Shown here in pieces: positions 37,355 through 50,500 of a stretch of DNA of 64,000 nucleotides. Origin of the DNA: Phoronis australis (lineage: Eukaryota > Animalia > Phoronida); NCBI GenBank assembly GCA_002633005.1, contig NMRA01000408.1, forward strand, positions 1 through 64,000, given 5' to 3'. The stretch's first letter is position 1, and each line of letters begins with the position of its first letter. A model generated the notes under the pieces. That model saw only the letters and a program-made list of their open reading frames with translations, was not told the origin of the DNA and searched no databases. The position numbers and the translations under genes were made by a program.

Positions 37355-38960
37355 TCTAACACTATTGATAGAGTTACTACCTCTGCTGATATATTAACTA
37401 GCTCTATCATAAATTGATTGACTCTATCAATAGAGATATGGTAACTCTTTCGACAGATATAGTAACTCAATCGACAGAGGTTGTAACTCTATTGATAGAT
37501 TTAGTAACTATATTATTAGAGGTATTAACTCTATCAATATAGATACTATATATTAACTCTATCAATATCGATGCTATATATTAACTTTATCAATATCGAT
37601 GCTGTATATTAACTCTATCAATATCGATGCTGTATATTAACTCTATCAATATCGATGCTGTATATTAACTCTATCAATATCGATGCTGTATATTAACTCT
37701 ATCAATATCGATGCTGTATATTAACTCTATCAATATCGATGCTATATATTAACTCTATCAATATCGATGCTGTATATTAACTCTATCAATATCGATGCTA
37801 TATATTAACTCTATCAATATCGATGCTGTATATTAACTCTATCAATATCGATGCTGTATATTAACTCTATCAATATCGATGCTGTATATTAACTCTATCA
37901 ATATCGATGCTGTATATTAACTCTATCAATATCGATGCTGTATATTAACTCTATCAATATCGATGCTATATATTAACTCTATCAATATCGATGCTGTATA
38001 TTAACTCTATCAATATCGATGCTGTATATTAACTCTATCAATATCGATGCTGTATATTAACTCTATCAATATCGATGCTGTATATTAACTCTATCAATAT
38101 CGATGCTATATATTAACTCTATCAATATCGATGCTGTATATTAACTCTATCAATATCGATGCTGTATATTAACTCTATCAATATCGATGCTGTATATTAA
38201 CTCTATCAATATCGATGCTGTATATTAACTCTATCAATATCGATGCTGTATATTAACTCTATCAATATCGATGCTATATATTAACTCTATCAATATCGAT
38301 GCTGTATATTAACTCTATCAATATCGATGCTGTATATTAACTCTATCAATATCGATGCTGTATATTAACTCTATCAATATCGATGCTGTATATTAACTCT
38401 ATCAATATCGATGCTGTATATTAACTCTATCAATATCGATGCTATATATTAACTCTATCAATATCGATACTGTATATTAACTCTATCAATATCGATGCTG
38501 TATATTAACTCTATCAATATCGATGCTGTATATTAACTCTATCAATATCGATGCTGTATATTAACTCTATCAATATCGATGCTATATATTAACTCTATCA
38601 ATATCGATACTAATTAACTCTATCAATATCGATGCTGTATATTAACTCTATCAATATCGATACTAATTAACTCTATCAATATCGATGCTGTATATTAACT
38701 CTATCAATATCGATACTAATTAACTCTATCAATATCGATGCTGTATATTAACTGTATCAATATCGATGCTATCTATCAATACACCAATTGATAAAGATAG
38801 TAAGTCTATCAATAGAGTTACTTACTCTATTAATTGGATCATTATCTCTCCTGAAAGTGTTCTTTAATACGATGGAGATAGTTAATTCATCGACAAAGAT
38901 TTTAAGTATATCAAAAGCGATAATAATGCTATCAGATAGCATTAAGGAGTGGAGAAAAAA
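37355..38960. repeat. 28-bp satellite array (TATATTAACTCTATCAATATCGATGCTG)n, ~45 units at ~37523-38778, in degenerate 21-bp subrepeat flanks
   Basis: Lines 37801 and 38221 are in identical phase (420 = 15 x 28). Flanking units such as taactctttcgacagatatag and taactctattgatagatttag are 21 bp. Confidence 0.97.
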
Positions 38961-39404
38961 TACTATGAACACTTTCATATCCACCCGCATTTTAAATGCT
39001 TCATCCGATGACTGCAGATGTTTGTGTCAACACTGTACGGTAATTCCAAGTACAAAAATAATTTCCAAAATTGCCGTTTTCCATTTTTCAAAGGGTTATT
39101 ACTTTACTGCAAATAATAGAAAAGTTGCAAAAAGTTGTTTTGTGACACCTTCCCAGAACAAAGCATGCTAGTAATAGGAAAAGCTTGACAAAATATAATT
39201 ACACTTCTCCGCCATCTTGTATTCTAAATAACTGAATTACCGCTGTAAAATCACAAGCAAGTGTAGTACTCTAGTGTGTCACTATGAATGTGTTCTTATG
39301 GTATTTAAGGTAGGTTTTACCTTACGGGATGTACTAAAATCTTCGACTAGAGAACAAGCCAACAAGGAAAGTTTCTTCATATTGTTACTTTGTGAATGCA
39401 GACC

Positions 39405-39845
39405 CAATCTTGGCCGATAAGCTAAAACGGACTATAAACCAGCACTCTGTCACAAAAAAGTAACACAATTTAGGCCACTTATTATCAGAAAATTGGTCTG
39501 AAATCATCCCTTAATCAATTTAGAGGTGATTTCTGAGCTTGGGAAGAACTGACCATTGGTCATTGCTTGAGACCAGGCTTGTCACGGTGTGGTGCAGAGC
39601 ATGGTCTCGAGCAATAGTAAACAGTCACGGTGTGGTGCAGAGCATGGTCTCGAGCAATAGTGAACAGTCACCGTGTAGTGCAGAGCATGGTCTCAAGCAA
39701 TAGTGAACAGTCGGGTTTCTATTCAAGCTCAGAAACCAATTCTAATTTGAGTCAGTGGTAAGTGGTTGAAATCAAAAGTTAAGTTTCTTTCACGGCATGC
39801 GAGTTTATAGTACCCTTAAACTTGGAAAATTTTCCAACTGTAAGC
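39405..39845. mobile_element. Imperfect palindromic MITE containing a 3 x 43-bp tandem (39581-39712)
   Basis: Arm pairs actataaac / gtttatagt, tttctgagcttg / caagctcagaaa, attgcttgagacca / tggtctcaagcaat. Unit gtcacggtgtggtgcagagcatggtctcgagcaatagt(a/g)aaca. Relative at ~49005-49275. Confidence 0.75.
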
Positions 39846-40470
39846 CAAAGCCAATATAAGGGTTTTCAAAGATTTGCGTGGTTTGTTACGCATTATCCAA
39901 GCCTTCGTTTCAGGGGAATTGTTCATGTCCAGGAAATTGTGATTCAATATGATCTATTCGATCATTCGGATTAAGTACTGTGGCAAAATGGAAATGCTCT
40001 CAATTCAAGAAGGGCCAGTCTTGCAAAGAGAATTGTCAAGAAAACCTTTCGGGCAACACATCTCACTTGCACCACCTCACAAATCTCCCTGATGCTATTG
40101 CAGCAATGTTTCTGATACTCCAGCATTCAACTACCTGTGTACACCACTTCATTCAGTAAGTACTTAGACTGCATGAACTATCCCCTAATTAGAAAGGTTG
40201 TGGTCTGCAGTAACATAATTTCGATCATAACAAGTTGCAGCTGGTTTTTTGTAAGGTTCAACCTCAACTGTGTTATCTGTGAAATGCAGTGCTATGAGCA
40301 GCAGCTAATTGGATAAATGTGAATGAACTTGTGTAGAACTCAGTGGCCAATCAGAAGGTTTCTCAAACCAAAAATAATCTCCAGTCTCAACAAGGGCTCA
40401 CCAAGTCATCAAGTTCATTTTTCAACAACATTAATTTTCTCACCTTGTTGTGTAAGTTGACGCCTTTTCC

Positions 40471-40870
40471 TTAAAGATGTATTTGCATGCTCCTAACCAT
40501 GCTACTGTATAGCAGGAAATAAACGGCAATGCTATTTTAACATAATCTACGCAAAACAAAGTGCAGTTGTATTCATTGTCAACTTGTAAATGTGAAAACA
40601 AAAAATTCTGCAAATAGGTGACCTTTGCACTAATAACGTACCTCACGGGTTCACATAGCCCACATCATGCAGTGTTATTCCCCAGCACCACGTTACGATA
40701 CTTACTGCAAACGGTTCAGTGATTTGTGGCGGATCATTTTCGCCACAAAACTCGTTCTCAGAAAACGGGGAATTTTCAACCTACTTCACATTCACATCAC
40801 TGCAATATATATATACAAAAATACCTTAAGTTTTGATTTGCCATAGAAACCAAACTGAGATAATAATTCC
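40471..40870 (-). mobile_element. Diverged inverted copy of the element at 1-250 / 30490-30880, with a TTAA-bounded end (Kolobok-like)
   Basis: Reverse-complement homology (aatgctattttaacataa...aaagtgcagttgtattca...ttctgcaaataggtgacctttgcactaa). Homology stops at ttaa|agatgtatttgcatgctcc (40471). A similar end motif ggagcctgcaaataccacttt occurs at ~48056. Confidence 0.7.
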
Positions 40871-42240
40871 CAACAGCATTTTTGAGGTAACTGGTGAAGT
40901 TTTCATTTAAAAAAGGTTTTATTAAAATTGACTGTGAATGCTGTGTACGTATCTTTCTTAAAAATGAAATTTTGACTAAAAAAGATATCAATGTAATTAC
41001 AATAATGGCACAACAATATAAAACATATCTTTTTTCCCTGATCTTTTTTCTTTCAGAAAATACATACTTTTACTAGTTGACAAAGTCTGGTTTTTTGATA
41101 TACGAGTTAGAATGGAGGGCACCAAATAAGGTTTCAAAAAACTTTAAAGCAACTGTTAACATAGGCACATTAGTATGGCTTGGACAGACTTGGTCGGACA
41201 TTCTACCAGGAAAACCTGCGACTACAGAAATTAGGGATTTTTGAACTAACTTAAGCTTTTCACTAGTCTCATGATGATTACAGAAAGTAAGGAATAAATG
41301 ATACTCCATGCATATATCCCCTGCCTTGTCGATTTCTTCTCTCTGGCCATAATTTTCGAAGTTGTAAACATTCTTTTCTCATTGATCTCTCCATACAAGG
41401 CCATTTTTGTTTTCACCTTAGTTGTCCTCACTTACGGAGAACTGTGACTTGAACTCTTTCATATCACAGTCAGCTGTTCTGAAGTCTATATTTCAGTTAA
41501 CTCATGGGGTGCATTGCTTGAAAATTTGATGTCGGGTAGCAAAATATGATTCCGATTACCCGAATAGTTGACCCTAGGTGTATGAACAATTTTCCCTCAG
41601 ACACGTAATACGCAAACTAATTGAGAGAAACGCCGTATTTCAAGTCAGGTGTACGGCTACTGAGTAACTTGTTGTGACTATCCAGAAGAGCAAAGTTACA
41701 AGCGCTTTGTTAAAAACACACCTACTGTATAGACTCAGTAAATAGGACTTTGTTAGATTATCTGTGTCCATGCCTGTTTGTTGCTCCTTTGACTAGACAT
41801 TTTCATAGCTTATATATCCCAACTGTAAGTGAGGGCACGTTTATGTGTTTATTACAAACTATGTTTTTGGTGTAAAAACAACCCAGGTATATTTGCTCAT
41901 TTAAAAGCAGTCATTGCTAGGTTCCTAATCCTTTGTTTGGATTAAAGGTGGTTTCTTGATAAATCGCTTGCAATACCCCTGCTGGCTATACTGGTGATTG
42001 CGAGAACACTAAATCACCATGACAAGTAACTTAATGGGTCTGGAGCAATGTATCAATGTGTCAGTCCTTCTCAAGCCTGGAAATCACTTCTAACCGCAGC
42101 AAGGAACAACATGTGACCAGCAGTTTGTGGACTAAAGTCGCTTTTTGCAGGGTTGTAATGACCAATGAGAAAAAAGAGGTGACTTATCATTCTACAAATA
42201 GACTTGCGGGACAGAAATATGATTGTGTTGTACATTTTAA

Positions 42241-42396
42241 CAGTGCTGTAGTGGTAAAATTAGAGGTAAGTAGGCGCCCAAAGCCCACCGGATCACCTTG
42301 AGCACTGAACGTAACTTACGGTGCGTAGGCGCTACATTCAAATGCCAAAAGGTGGTTGGCAGCGCCTACGTGTGCCTACGCCCCACTACAGCACTG
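42241..42396. mobile_element. 156-bp hAT-type MITE
   Basis: Perfect 14-bp TIR cagtgctgtagtgg / ccactacagcactg. 8-bp TSD cattttaa (42233-42240) / cactttaa (42397-42404) with one mismatch. Internal gtaggcgc / gcgcctac subterminal repeats. Confidence 0.9.
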
Positions 42397-42560
42397 CACT
42401 TTAATGGCAAAATGTTTTTTTGCATAAAGAAAGTCAAAGTAATGAAAAAGAGAAGAAAAAAGGGACCATTAAATCAAATAAGAGAAAGTCGAAAACAAAA
42501 AAGACGAAATAAATCTTCTTAAGAGGAAAATTATGTACCCTGGTTTGACTGAGGGCATCT

Positions 42561-42790
42561 TACATTAAAAATTATTCAGTTTGGGTCACAATGTGAAATT
42601 TCGTTTAGTCAAATTTCTCACATAAACAAAAATAACTTATCTGGAAAACATACTTAGCTTTTAGCATGGTGTGTATGGCGTAACTATTAACAGACAACAT
42701 TCGGTAAAATTTTGAACATTCACAACAATGAAGCACACCACAGCAATTTTAGCAATTGTTTTTGTCCCAAATTGAAGAATTTTTACAGTA
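42561..42790. mobile_element. TA-flanked MITE sharing TIRs with the 18-kb/45-kb/47-kb family but with a different interior
   Basis: tacattaaaaattattcagtttgggtc ... gtcccaaattgaagaatttttacagta. Confidence 0.65.
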
Positions 42791-45108
42791 GGTACGTTAA
42801 CTTGGCCCGGAAAGAAAAAGGACAACAAAACTGATTTTTATAACACATACTGTAGAAAAAAAGAAATGCGCATTTGTTACGACAAATGGTGGATGACGAT
42901 AATGGTAATTAATCATGAATTTGTACTTTCTATCCACGATTCTTAAAGTTAGCTTTTGTCCTCTAATGTCGGTCTCTTTTGGCAGCTGATCAAAGGCTGA
43001 TGCCAGTAAAATGAATTACGTGTACAGTGGCCCCAACAACTGTATGAAAACATCAAAACACGCTTTATTTGTATCAAGAGCTGTCTGAAAATGTGCAAGG
43101 CCCAGAAAATTGCTTGGAAGGTGATCAATGAATTAAAAATTAATGAATAGCTTTTGGTGACCAAAGATCCATCGTGTTTCCAAATGTTGACATGGTCCCT
43201 AATTTCTCAGAAAATAATTAAATTCAAAATTACTCTATGGCCATTGATTGAAAGTCTAGTGGGTGTTCTTGTTGTATGACGTAGGAAACCCCATGACCGG
43301 TGTTTGTTCTTAATCTCTGGTTCCGGCGTAGTGGTTTTTGTGAGTTTTCTTAACAGCGGTAGCCTTGTTTTTTCACACATGAACACAAGATCTAATTTCC
43401 TGGCACTAGCCATATGCTCGTACAGAGATGCAGCAAATTGACTACGCTAATGTGTTTCATATATATTTTCCGAGGCCGTTACCCCTTGGGGACCGGCACA
43501 AAAAACATGATTATTTCATGCTGATCTAATCACGTTTTCAAAGTCTATATTTTCGAACACTAGGAACTCATTTTGGCAAGAATTTGGCATTACTTTCTAA
43601 ACATTTTGAAACAAACGCGAACATGAAATTATGAAACCCGTGGCGTCCAAAGTTACAGAAATGGTTTCGGATTCATTACGAAAAGTCCCCATGTTGATCA
43701 TTTATTTCATTCAAGCGATATATTCCTCATTTTTGTGGGAAAAGAAACGCTCTCAACAGGCTTTAAGCATAGCACATAAACCACAAGGTCCTCTGGAAAG
43801 AAGTTAAACATGCTTTTAAAACTCTTTTAAGTCATCATACTACAATCTCTTTATCAAACTTCAGACATGTATATATCGTATTTTTGCGAAAATGTGACCG
43901 AGCATGCTATAATATTAGGTCACCATGTGGGCTCAGTTTTGATGAGCAATGACCACCCCAACTCACAGGTGAGCAATGAGCACGCCAACTCGCAGGTGAG
44001 CATTTAAATCGTGGATTTCAAGAAGTTGGTGTGAGCGCTTACCTGAATATGGGGATTTAACTTGAACCAGACAGTCGCGCTGGCCACCTGTGACCTTTGA
44101 ATTGAAGTCCACAGACCTGAAATTCAAAGAATTTGCTGCAAGGCTAGTTGGCCAGGCTGGCTGAATTAGCTCTCTCTCTAACCGACACATGTATTCAAGT
44201 TGGTAAATATCCAACAACTAAGAATACAGAAAATATACATTGAAAACTGCCTGCCAAAATTCTAGAACTAACCTGCCATGTGAATGTCATCAAAGCATTG
44301 GTGCACAGGAACGGTGTAAGTAGTGCAGGTTACCTATTCAGTGATAGGTTTACAAGAAATCAAAAGCCTTGAAAAACTCTGATTTTGTGAGGAATTTCCA
44401 TTATCTGGTGATTGGAGTTTGCACCCTGACTTGGAGAGGGCACTGGATTCATGACATGAACGGAAAATTCAGTAAGCTACAAAACATCACGTCACCAAGA
44501 CATGCCTGTCATATTGGGTAAGAGGAAAACAAGGCCAGGATTTAGCTCTAAAAACTGTGAGAAAATAGATCTTTAACAAATTAAATTTGGTGTAGCATAG
44601 AATAAGAGGCCCTTACGTGAGCGGGGCATTAATACGGTATTTCAAGTGGTTTAAAGCAATAGCTCAGCATAGCAAGGATTTCCTCAAAGTATCCTCAGAC
44701 TTCCGACTCCAAGGAAAGATTAATCCACCCATGCCAGAAGTTTTTTAAAATTGACCCGGCATCCTATTTTGCATAATGACGCAGAAACTCGAGTAAAAAC
44801 ATCGCACTAGCTCAAGCCTATTGTTTTCCTTTTTAAACTCAATCACAATTTTCCAAGTTTGGAAAAATCAATCCCGCAAATTAAGGAGACAGGGAAAAGT
44901 GCACATACCTGGAGCAAGAGCAGTGTTAAAAGCAAATACTGCAAAATTTTAGCCATTTCATTCCAGCCTTCTCCAGCACGGCGAGTCCTACAGTGATTTT
45001 ACCAAAAAACTTAGAACAAACAAAAATGGAAGTGTAGTACAAATCCTTTAGTACGCAATATGGTTGACAAGTAGAATTTTAGTACGCCAAATTTCTCAAA
45101 AATGATTA

Positions 45109-45469
45109 GTAAACATTCTCCACTTTAGGCAGTGAAAGATAAACTATTTTGCTCAAGGTTGGAGCTTGTACCAAATTTTAGAAACGGGGAATATTGGCCG
45201 TCCCAAATTCGCGAATTACGATCAAGGACAAACTGTCACCATCATGTTACCCCCTATGGGGAAGTGGCTACACCATCATGCTACCCCCTATGGGGAAGTG
45301 GCTATTCTTGACAATTTTATGAACTGCCAAGTCTATTTTCGGATTATACAAAATGCATTTGAGAAATGTGATGAAGCCTAAAATTCAGAATTAAGCAAAT
45401 TCAATTTCTACTTGAATTTTGGTGTCCCCAATTTTCAAGAATGTACCAAGCTCGTGAATTTTCCCCATA
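45109..45469 (+). mobile_element. TcMar-like MITE copy 2, containing a 2 x 34-bp tandem (45237-45304)
   Basis: Homology to 17990-18315 (tttgctcaagg...agcttgtaccaaatt...cttgaattttggtgtccc). Unit caccatcatg(t/c)taccccctatggggaagtggcta twice. Confidence 0.75.
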
Positions 45470-47290
45470 GCAAATTTCGTCGTCGTTAGCATCCTTAAAA
45501 AATTCGTCTACCAACATTTGCGAAAAATATGAAAAACATAAAACTGTAATTTTAGCAGGAAGACAGAAAACTACTATTTCGAGTTTCTAATGAAAGGCTG
45601 GCCCTGAGTTGAGAAATCTCACATTTGTGGCTTATCAAGCTAACACCAGAGCTGGTCTGTCTACCAACTGGGGAAACATGTGTAACACTAAGTTTATGAA
45701 AATTTAACAAGGGTCAGTGAGTGAAAAGGTCTTGTGTGTGAATCTAATTAGTTGTATATTAAGTTCAGGCTGCAATACAAATTAGACTCAGGCCCTTCTG
45801 GTTTCCTTCAATACATGCTCACATGCTTTGGGCTCAGATAGATCTGAGGTTTGGGGGATGTTAGATTGATAACTATGAACCAAGACACTCCAGCGCAAAA
45901 TCAGTCAAGATTTCCTTGATCGTATTTTCATACTCTGTGCAAGTCAATGATTCATCCCAGATTTTGAGTAACTCAGATTTTAGCATTCTGGTTTCTATGT
46001 GTTATTTTGTTGCCCATCGTATTTTCTATGATTAGAAAAAAAATCAGGGGTCACTATGAGTTTGAGCTATTTTAGCTGAAAAAGCTATTTGACTTCCTAA
46101 AAGCATGCAAATTTAACATGACGATTACCGCGTTGCCTTTCATTACATAGCAATGGCGTTGTGCTATTGGGATTATGAAATAAGTTTTAGTAGATGTGAA
46201 AACTAAGACAAGAAGTTCTTTCTGAAATAAATTCCCAACTGAATTAAGTCGGACCTAATCTCTACACTTGGGTTTGCCAATTATTTAGTGTGACGACATA
46301 GTAAAATTTGATGTTGCACGCCATTATCAAACGCCACAAGAACAAGAACTATACACAAAATTAACAGTTTCAAAATCAAAAAGTCTTTTATTTGAAATAG
46401 AAAATCAGATTCAAATGTTTAGTGGGTTAGTCAAAGTCATAAAGCAGCGACTGTTTTACGGCTTTTTGGCAAACTGTGCCAAACTGTGCCTAACTCCATT
46501 CATAAACGAGAGGCTTATAGCAATATTAGTCCAACAACTTACTGAATACCGAAAAAATTGACCAATTTCTATTTCTGTTCAACAGTTTTATACATACAGG
46601 TATCTTTCTGAACAAGCTGTTACAGTTGTCCAGCACCAGCTTATCCTTGTAACATTTTGTATTTTTACACAATGACAAGTGCCCAGGACAACAATAAATC
46701 ATCTGTCAAAGTACACACAACCAGATTGGCATTTTTTGACCTTTTTCAGCCTGTTATAGTCATCATGTGGTCATTCCGACTGCACACCCAGAGGGGAGAA
46801 ATTAGCGATAAAAATCAGAACAAGCCTGTCAAAGCCCACGGTAGCAAGTGAGAAGAGCGAGTCCCTGATTCTCTCGCGGTGTGGTCTTTAATTAGGGGGA
46901 TACGCATTTCAAAATTTGATTGGCTGAAAATTTGTTAGGATCATTTTGCCGGTGAGAGTGACAACCTAGCGCATTTTAAACAAAACATTGTGATATTTAA
47001 GATGATATATGATAGAAATTATCAGTGGCACACAGACCATCTGCCAAACAAAAGAAGGTACGGGCATAATGGAAATTCAATTATCTAATTGAAATTAGAA
47101 TAGGTGGGATGCCTTGGCACAATTGTGCAGCAACATTTGAATGTGACACTAAAATTACACGTACATTGAACACACTGGCAGTAGCACACACACACACACA
47201 CACACCTGTGATAGGTCACTGTGTCATTTGCAACAGCGAATGCATAAAGAAAACTTTCAATAACCTGTAAAAAAATCATGAATATACATT

Positions 47291-47554
47291 TAGGGTAAAA
47301 ATTCTCCAATTTGAGGCAGTTTCTAGAATTTGGGACAGCAAAAATTGTGTTTTTCCATTATAGAATTTGGGACAAGGGCGATTCCAGCATTCATTGTATT
47401 TCTCAAATTTCGTACGCGGGTAATTTTGCCATCTTTCCCTTGATTCTTGAATTTGGAGTGGCCTATGCTGCCTATTTCAAGAATTTGGGACCAGCTCCAA
47501 CCTTGAGCAAAATAATAACTTTTCACTAGCCCAAACTGAAGAATTTTTATCGTA
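47291..47554 (-). mobile_element. TcMar-like MITE copy 3
   Basis: Reverse-complement homology: ggtaaaattctccaatttgagg...gaatttgggac...agctccaaccttgagcaaaata...cccaaactgaagaatttttatcgta. Confidence 0.75.
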
Positions 47555-50500
47555 AAATACAAACAATGAAGTTGTCACATTGGTATTTGGATGCTAATGA
47601 CTTAAACCTGAATTTCACCTTCTTCAGCAGGCTAAAAAAATCAAACTAGGACTTTTACTCTCATAAAATCGGTCTCGTAATATTCCTAACCATGACAGTA
47701 TTCTATTTCAACTACAAACAAAAACATTGAAACCAACAGCCACTGTAGAAAATGTTTCAGAGTTTATTGATTTGGCCAAACTTAAAATTATGAATTTGAA
47801 AATGGCTCATCTATGCATTGTTCGTGACGAGTTGCTGGCTCATTCAGCTACAATGCAAGATAACACGAGTTTTGTTTTTAAACCTCAAAGCGCTTCAGTT
47901 ACGAATTCAGCAAAACAGAAGAAATAGAAGTTATCGCTAAAACATGAATGTTTTAACTACAAGTAGTGCCTAAGTTGTGTAGTGCTTTTAAGGACAAGCT
48001 TTGAGGTGAAAATCACCCCTTACAGATGACAGGCCCAATATAATTTCAAATTTAGGAGCCTGCAAATACCACTTTTATGCTTAAAATACATTTGAAAATG
48101 ACCAAAAACACTGAAATAACAATTAACGTGAATAAGAAATATCTTAATACAAATAGAGAAATTTTAGACTGCAATATGTATAAAACCCAATCAAATGCTT
48201 TACCAGTACATGATTAAACGTGTTTATACAAGTATTTTTGATAGTGATGTTCCACTATGCTCTAATTTGAGCCCGCACACTGAAGATTGACTACCACGCT
48301 CAACTTTTGGTCTCCCTGCTAAATTTTGACTGTATCAACTTCGAATGCTCCAGTCATTTTAGGTAGTCTTAATTTGTAAAGTGGTGAGCCACTACAGTCA
48401 AAACCTTAACATTCTTTTTTCGATGTTTTTACCTAACTGTGACCTAAGTATTGAACGTGATGGTCACTGACCCTTGCAATCTGGTGTTCCATCAACCCCT
48501 CCCCCCCCTTAATCCTGGTGAGAACACTGAACGCCATCTACTTTTTCAAAAAAATTAGTAATTACCTGAAAATCTTGAAACAATCAGTTCCCATCTTCTT
48601 CCCTCCACAGGTTGACCACCTTCTAATTCTTGAAGACTGCAATTCTTCCCAGAGTCGTCCAATCTGTGTCGACTAACTCCAAAATGCAGTTGTCCATATT
48701 GATGCCATGTCTGTCGCATTTCAGATATTATTTGTTTCTAACCACATTGTCCCATTTCGAGTTGCATCTAGACATAACTGTACTGAGTTCAGTGCATTAT
48801 CAACAAGCCAGCTGATAACTTTTTTATTTGGTTTGTTTTTTGTTTGGTTTGTTTACTATTTTTAAAGTTTCAGTCACTGTTTTGACACATTCTCATTTTC
48901 TCGTCATCCTTAAATTTTACTTGACAAAACCGCATAAAGCGCAATTGTGAATTTTAATTCTCAAAAACAAAAAAGCAGAAGTAGCTGTTTGCTAAAGCAG
49001 ATATTAAGCCGCATTGCGGCCAAAAAGCGAACTTTTGATTTAAACTCCGTATCACTTAACTAGTTCCTTTCTGGACCCAGAATGACTCGAGACTGTGCTG
49101 GAGGCACAGAATGACACACCATGACAAGCCAACTTCCAGCGCCTGGTCTCGAGCAATTACAGTCAGTTGTTTGAAGCCTAAGGAAGATTTGAAACCAATT
49201 TCATAACTGCAAGTGGTTTAAATCAAAATTTAGTTTTGATGATGAAAGGCAGGTTTGTAGCGGTTTTAATTTCAGTGTAACTATGGGGCTATGGAGACAC
49301 ATAACACCCTAACAACACCTTAGTCAGTATATTGCTATTGTCAAACCACCATAGTCAAATTGAACAGCTGACTGGTTGGCAAAGTTGATTGATGGAAAAC
49401 CGTGTGTCCAGACCCTGTTACACTTGCCACAGTAGAAATGTGTTATGTGTGTTTGTGTTTGAGTGTGTGTGCAGTCGTGCAGAGTATTTAGCATAGTGTG
49501 AACTTGTAGGACTGAAAGTCACAAGTCAACCTAACAACATGTAATGTATGTGAGTATGTAAATGAACGATCTTGAAATGGCACAAACAATAACTGTTATA
49601 ATTGAGATTTGAGGCATGTTTAAAACGCAAATGAGGGTCACTATGGGTTGCTGTATTGTATTTCTCCTATTGTGTTTCTTGTTTTCCCACTTTAAAGCCT
49701 TTCCTACAAATGTCGACAGGTCAGTGTTTAGTGTAGCGTTTGTCATTGCAAATGCTTAAATTCGGTCTTGGATCGAAGTTAACAGTCGCAGTAAACACGT
49801 GGATTTAACAGCGAAGCGTCGAGGAGTCGCTACAGTTGCAGTAGAAACACTAAACTTCGTTTCCCTCTAAGTTATTGGCAGGAGTCACTCCTGTGACAAA
49901 GATGAAGTTGATACTACGCCACCTTGCGATAGATAACTTGATGGTCACAGCGTTACCTTAGTGATAACTCCAATGTCTGTTAACTATCAAAGCCAATGGG
50001 AACGCTCAAGCTTTGCTTGATGGAAAAAGGGCCTTCTGTGTAGAGATTGAAAATCTCGAAATCTGACCATTGTAAATTTTTACCAAAGTTTAATGGTTTG
50101 TATGTGGATTTATCCATGGAACTTTCAACATTCAACTATTCACTGTCACGTGTCACTGTTGAAAAACACTGCAAGATCTCTTTCCCTCCCTCTACCTTGT
50201 GTCAAATCAAAAAAGGACATTAGAGTGTAACCTAACATCTAACAGCACAATCAGTGCAGGGTTTACAAACACTACTACAGACCTCTGTTATATTCCCAAG
50301 CAAAAGGGACACAGAGTTTCCTATGTGCCACAGCCATGATGCAACGGAAAAATAAATTCACACATCAAGTGCTACCTTCGTCACCACCTCAAGTCAGAGA
50401 TTTACTAAATCAATAACCCCGCCCAAATTAACAAAGTAACTGACCTATTTCTGGCACTCCTACACTTATGTAACACCTAGTCTGCGTCTAATGACTCATT

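Noticed and set aside
37523-38778. CRISPR-like array (28-bp repeats)
   Set aside because: Units are head-to-tail with no unique spacers, there are no cas genes, and the context is eukaryotic.
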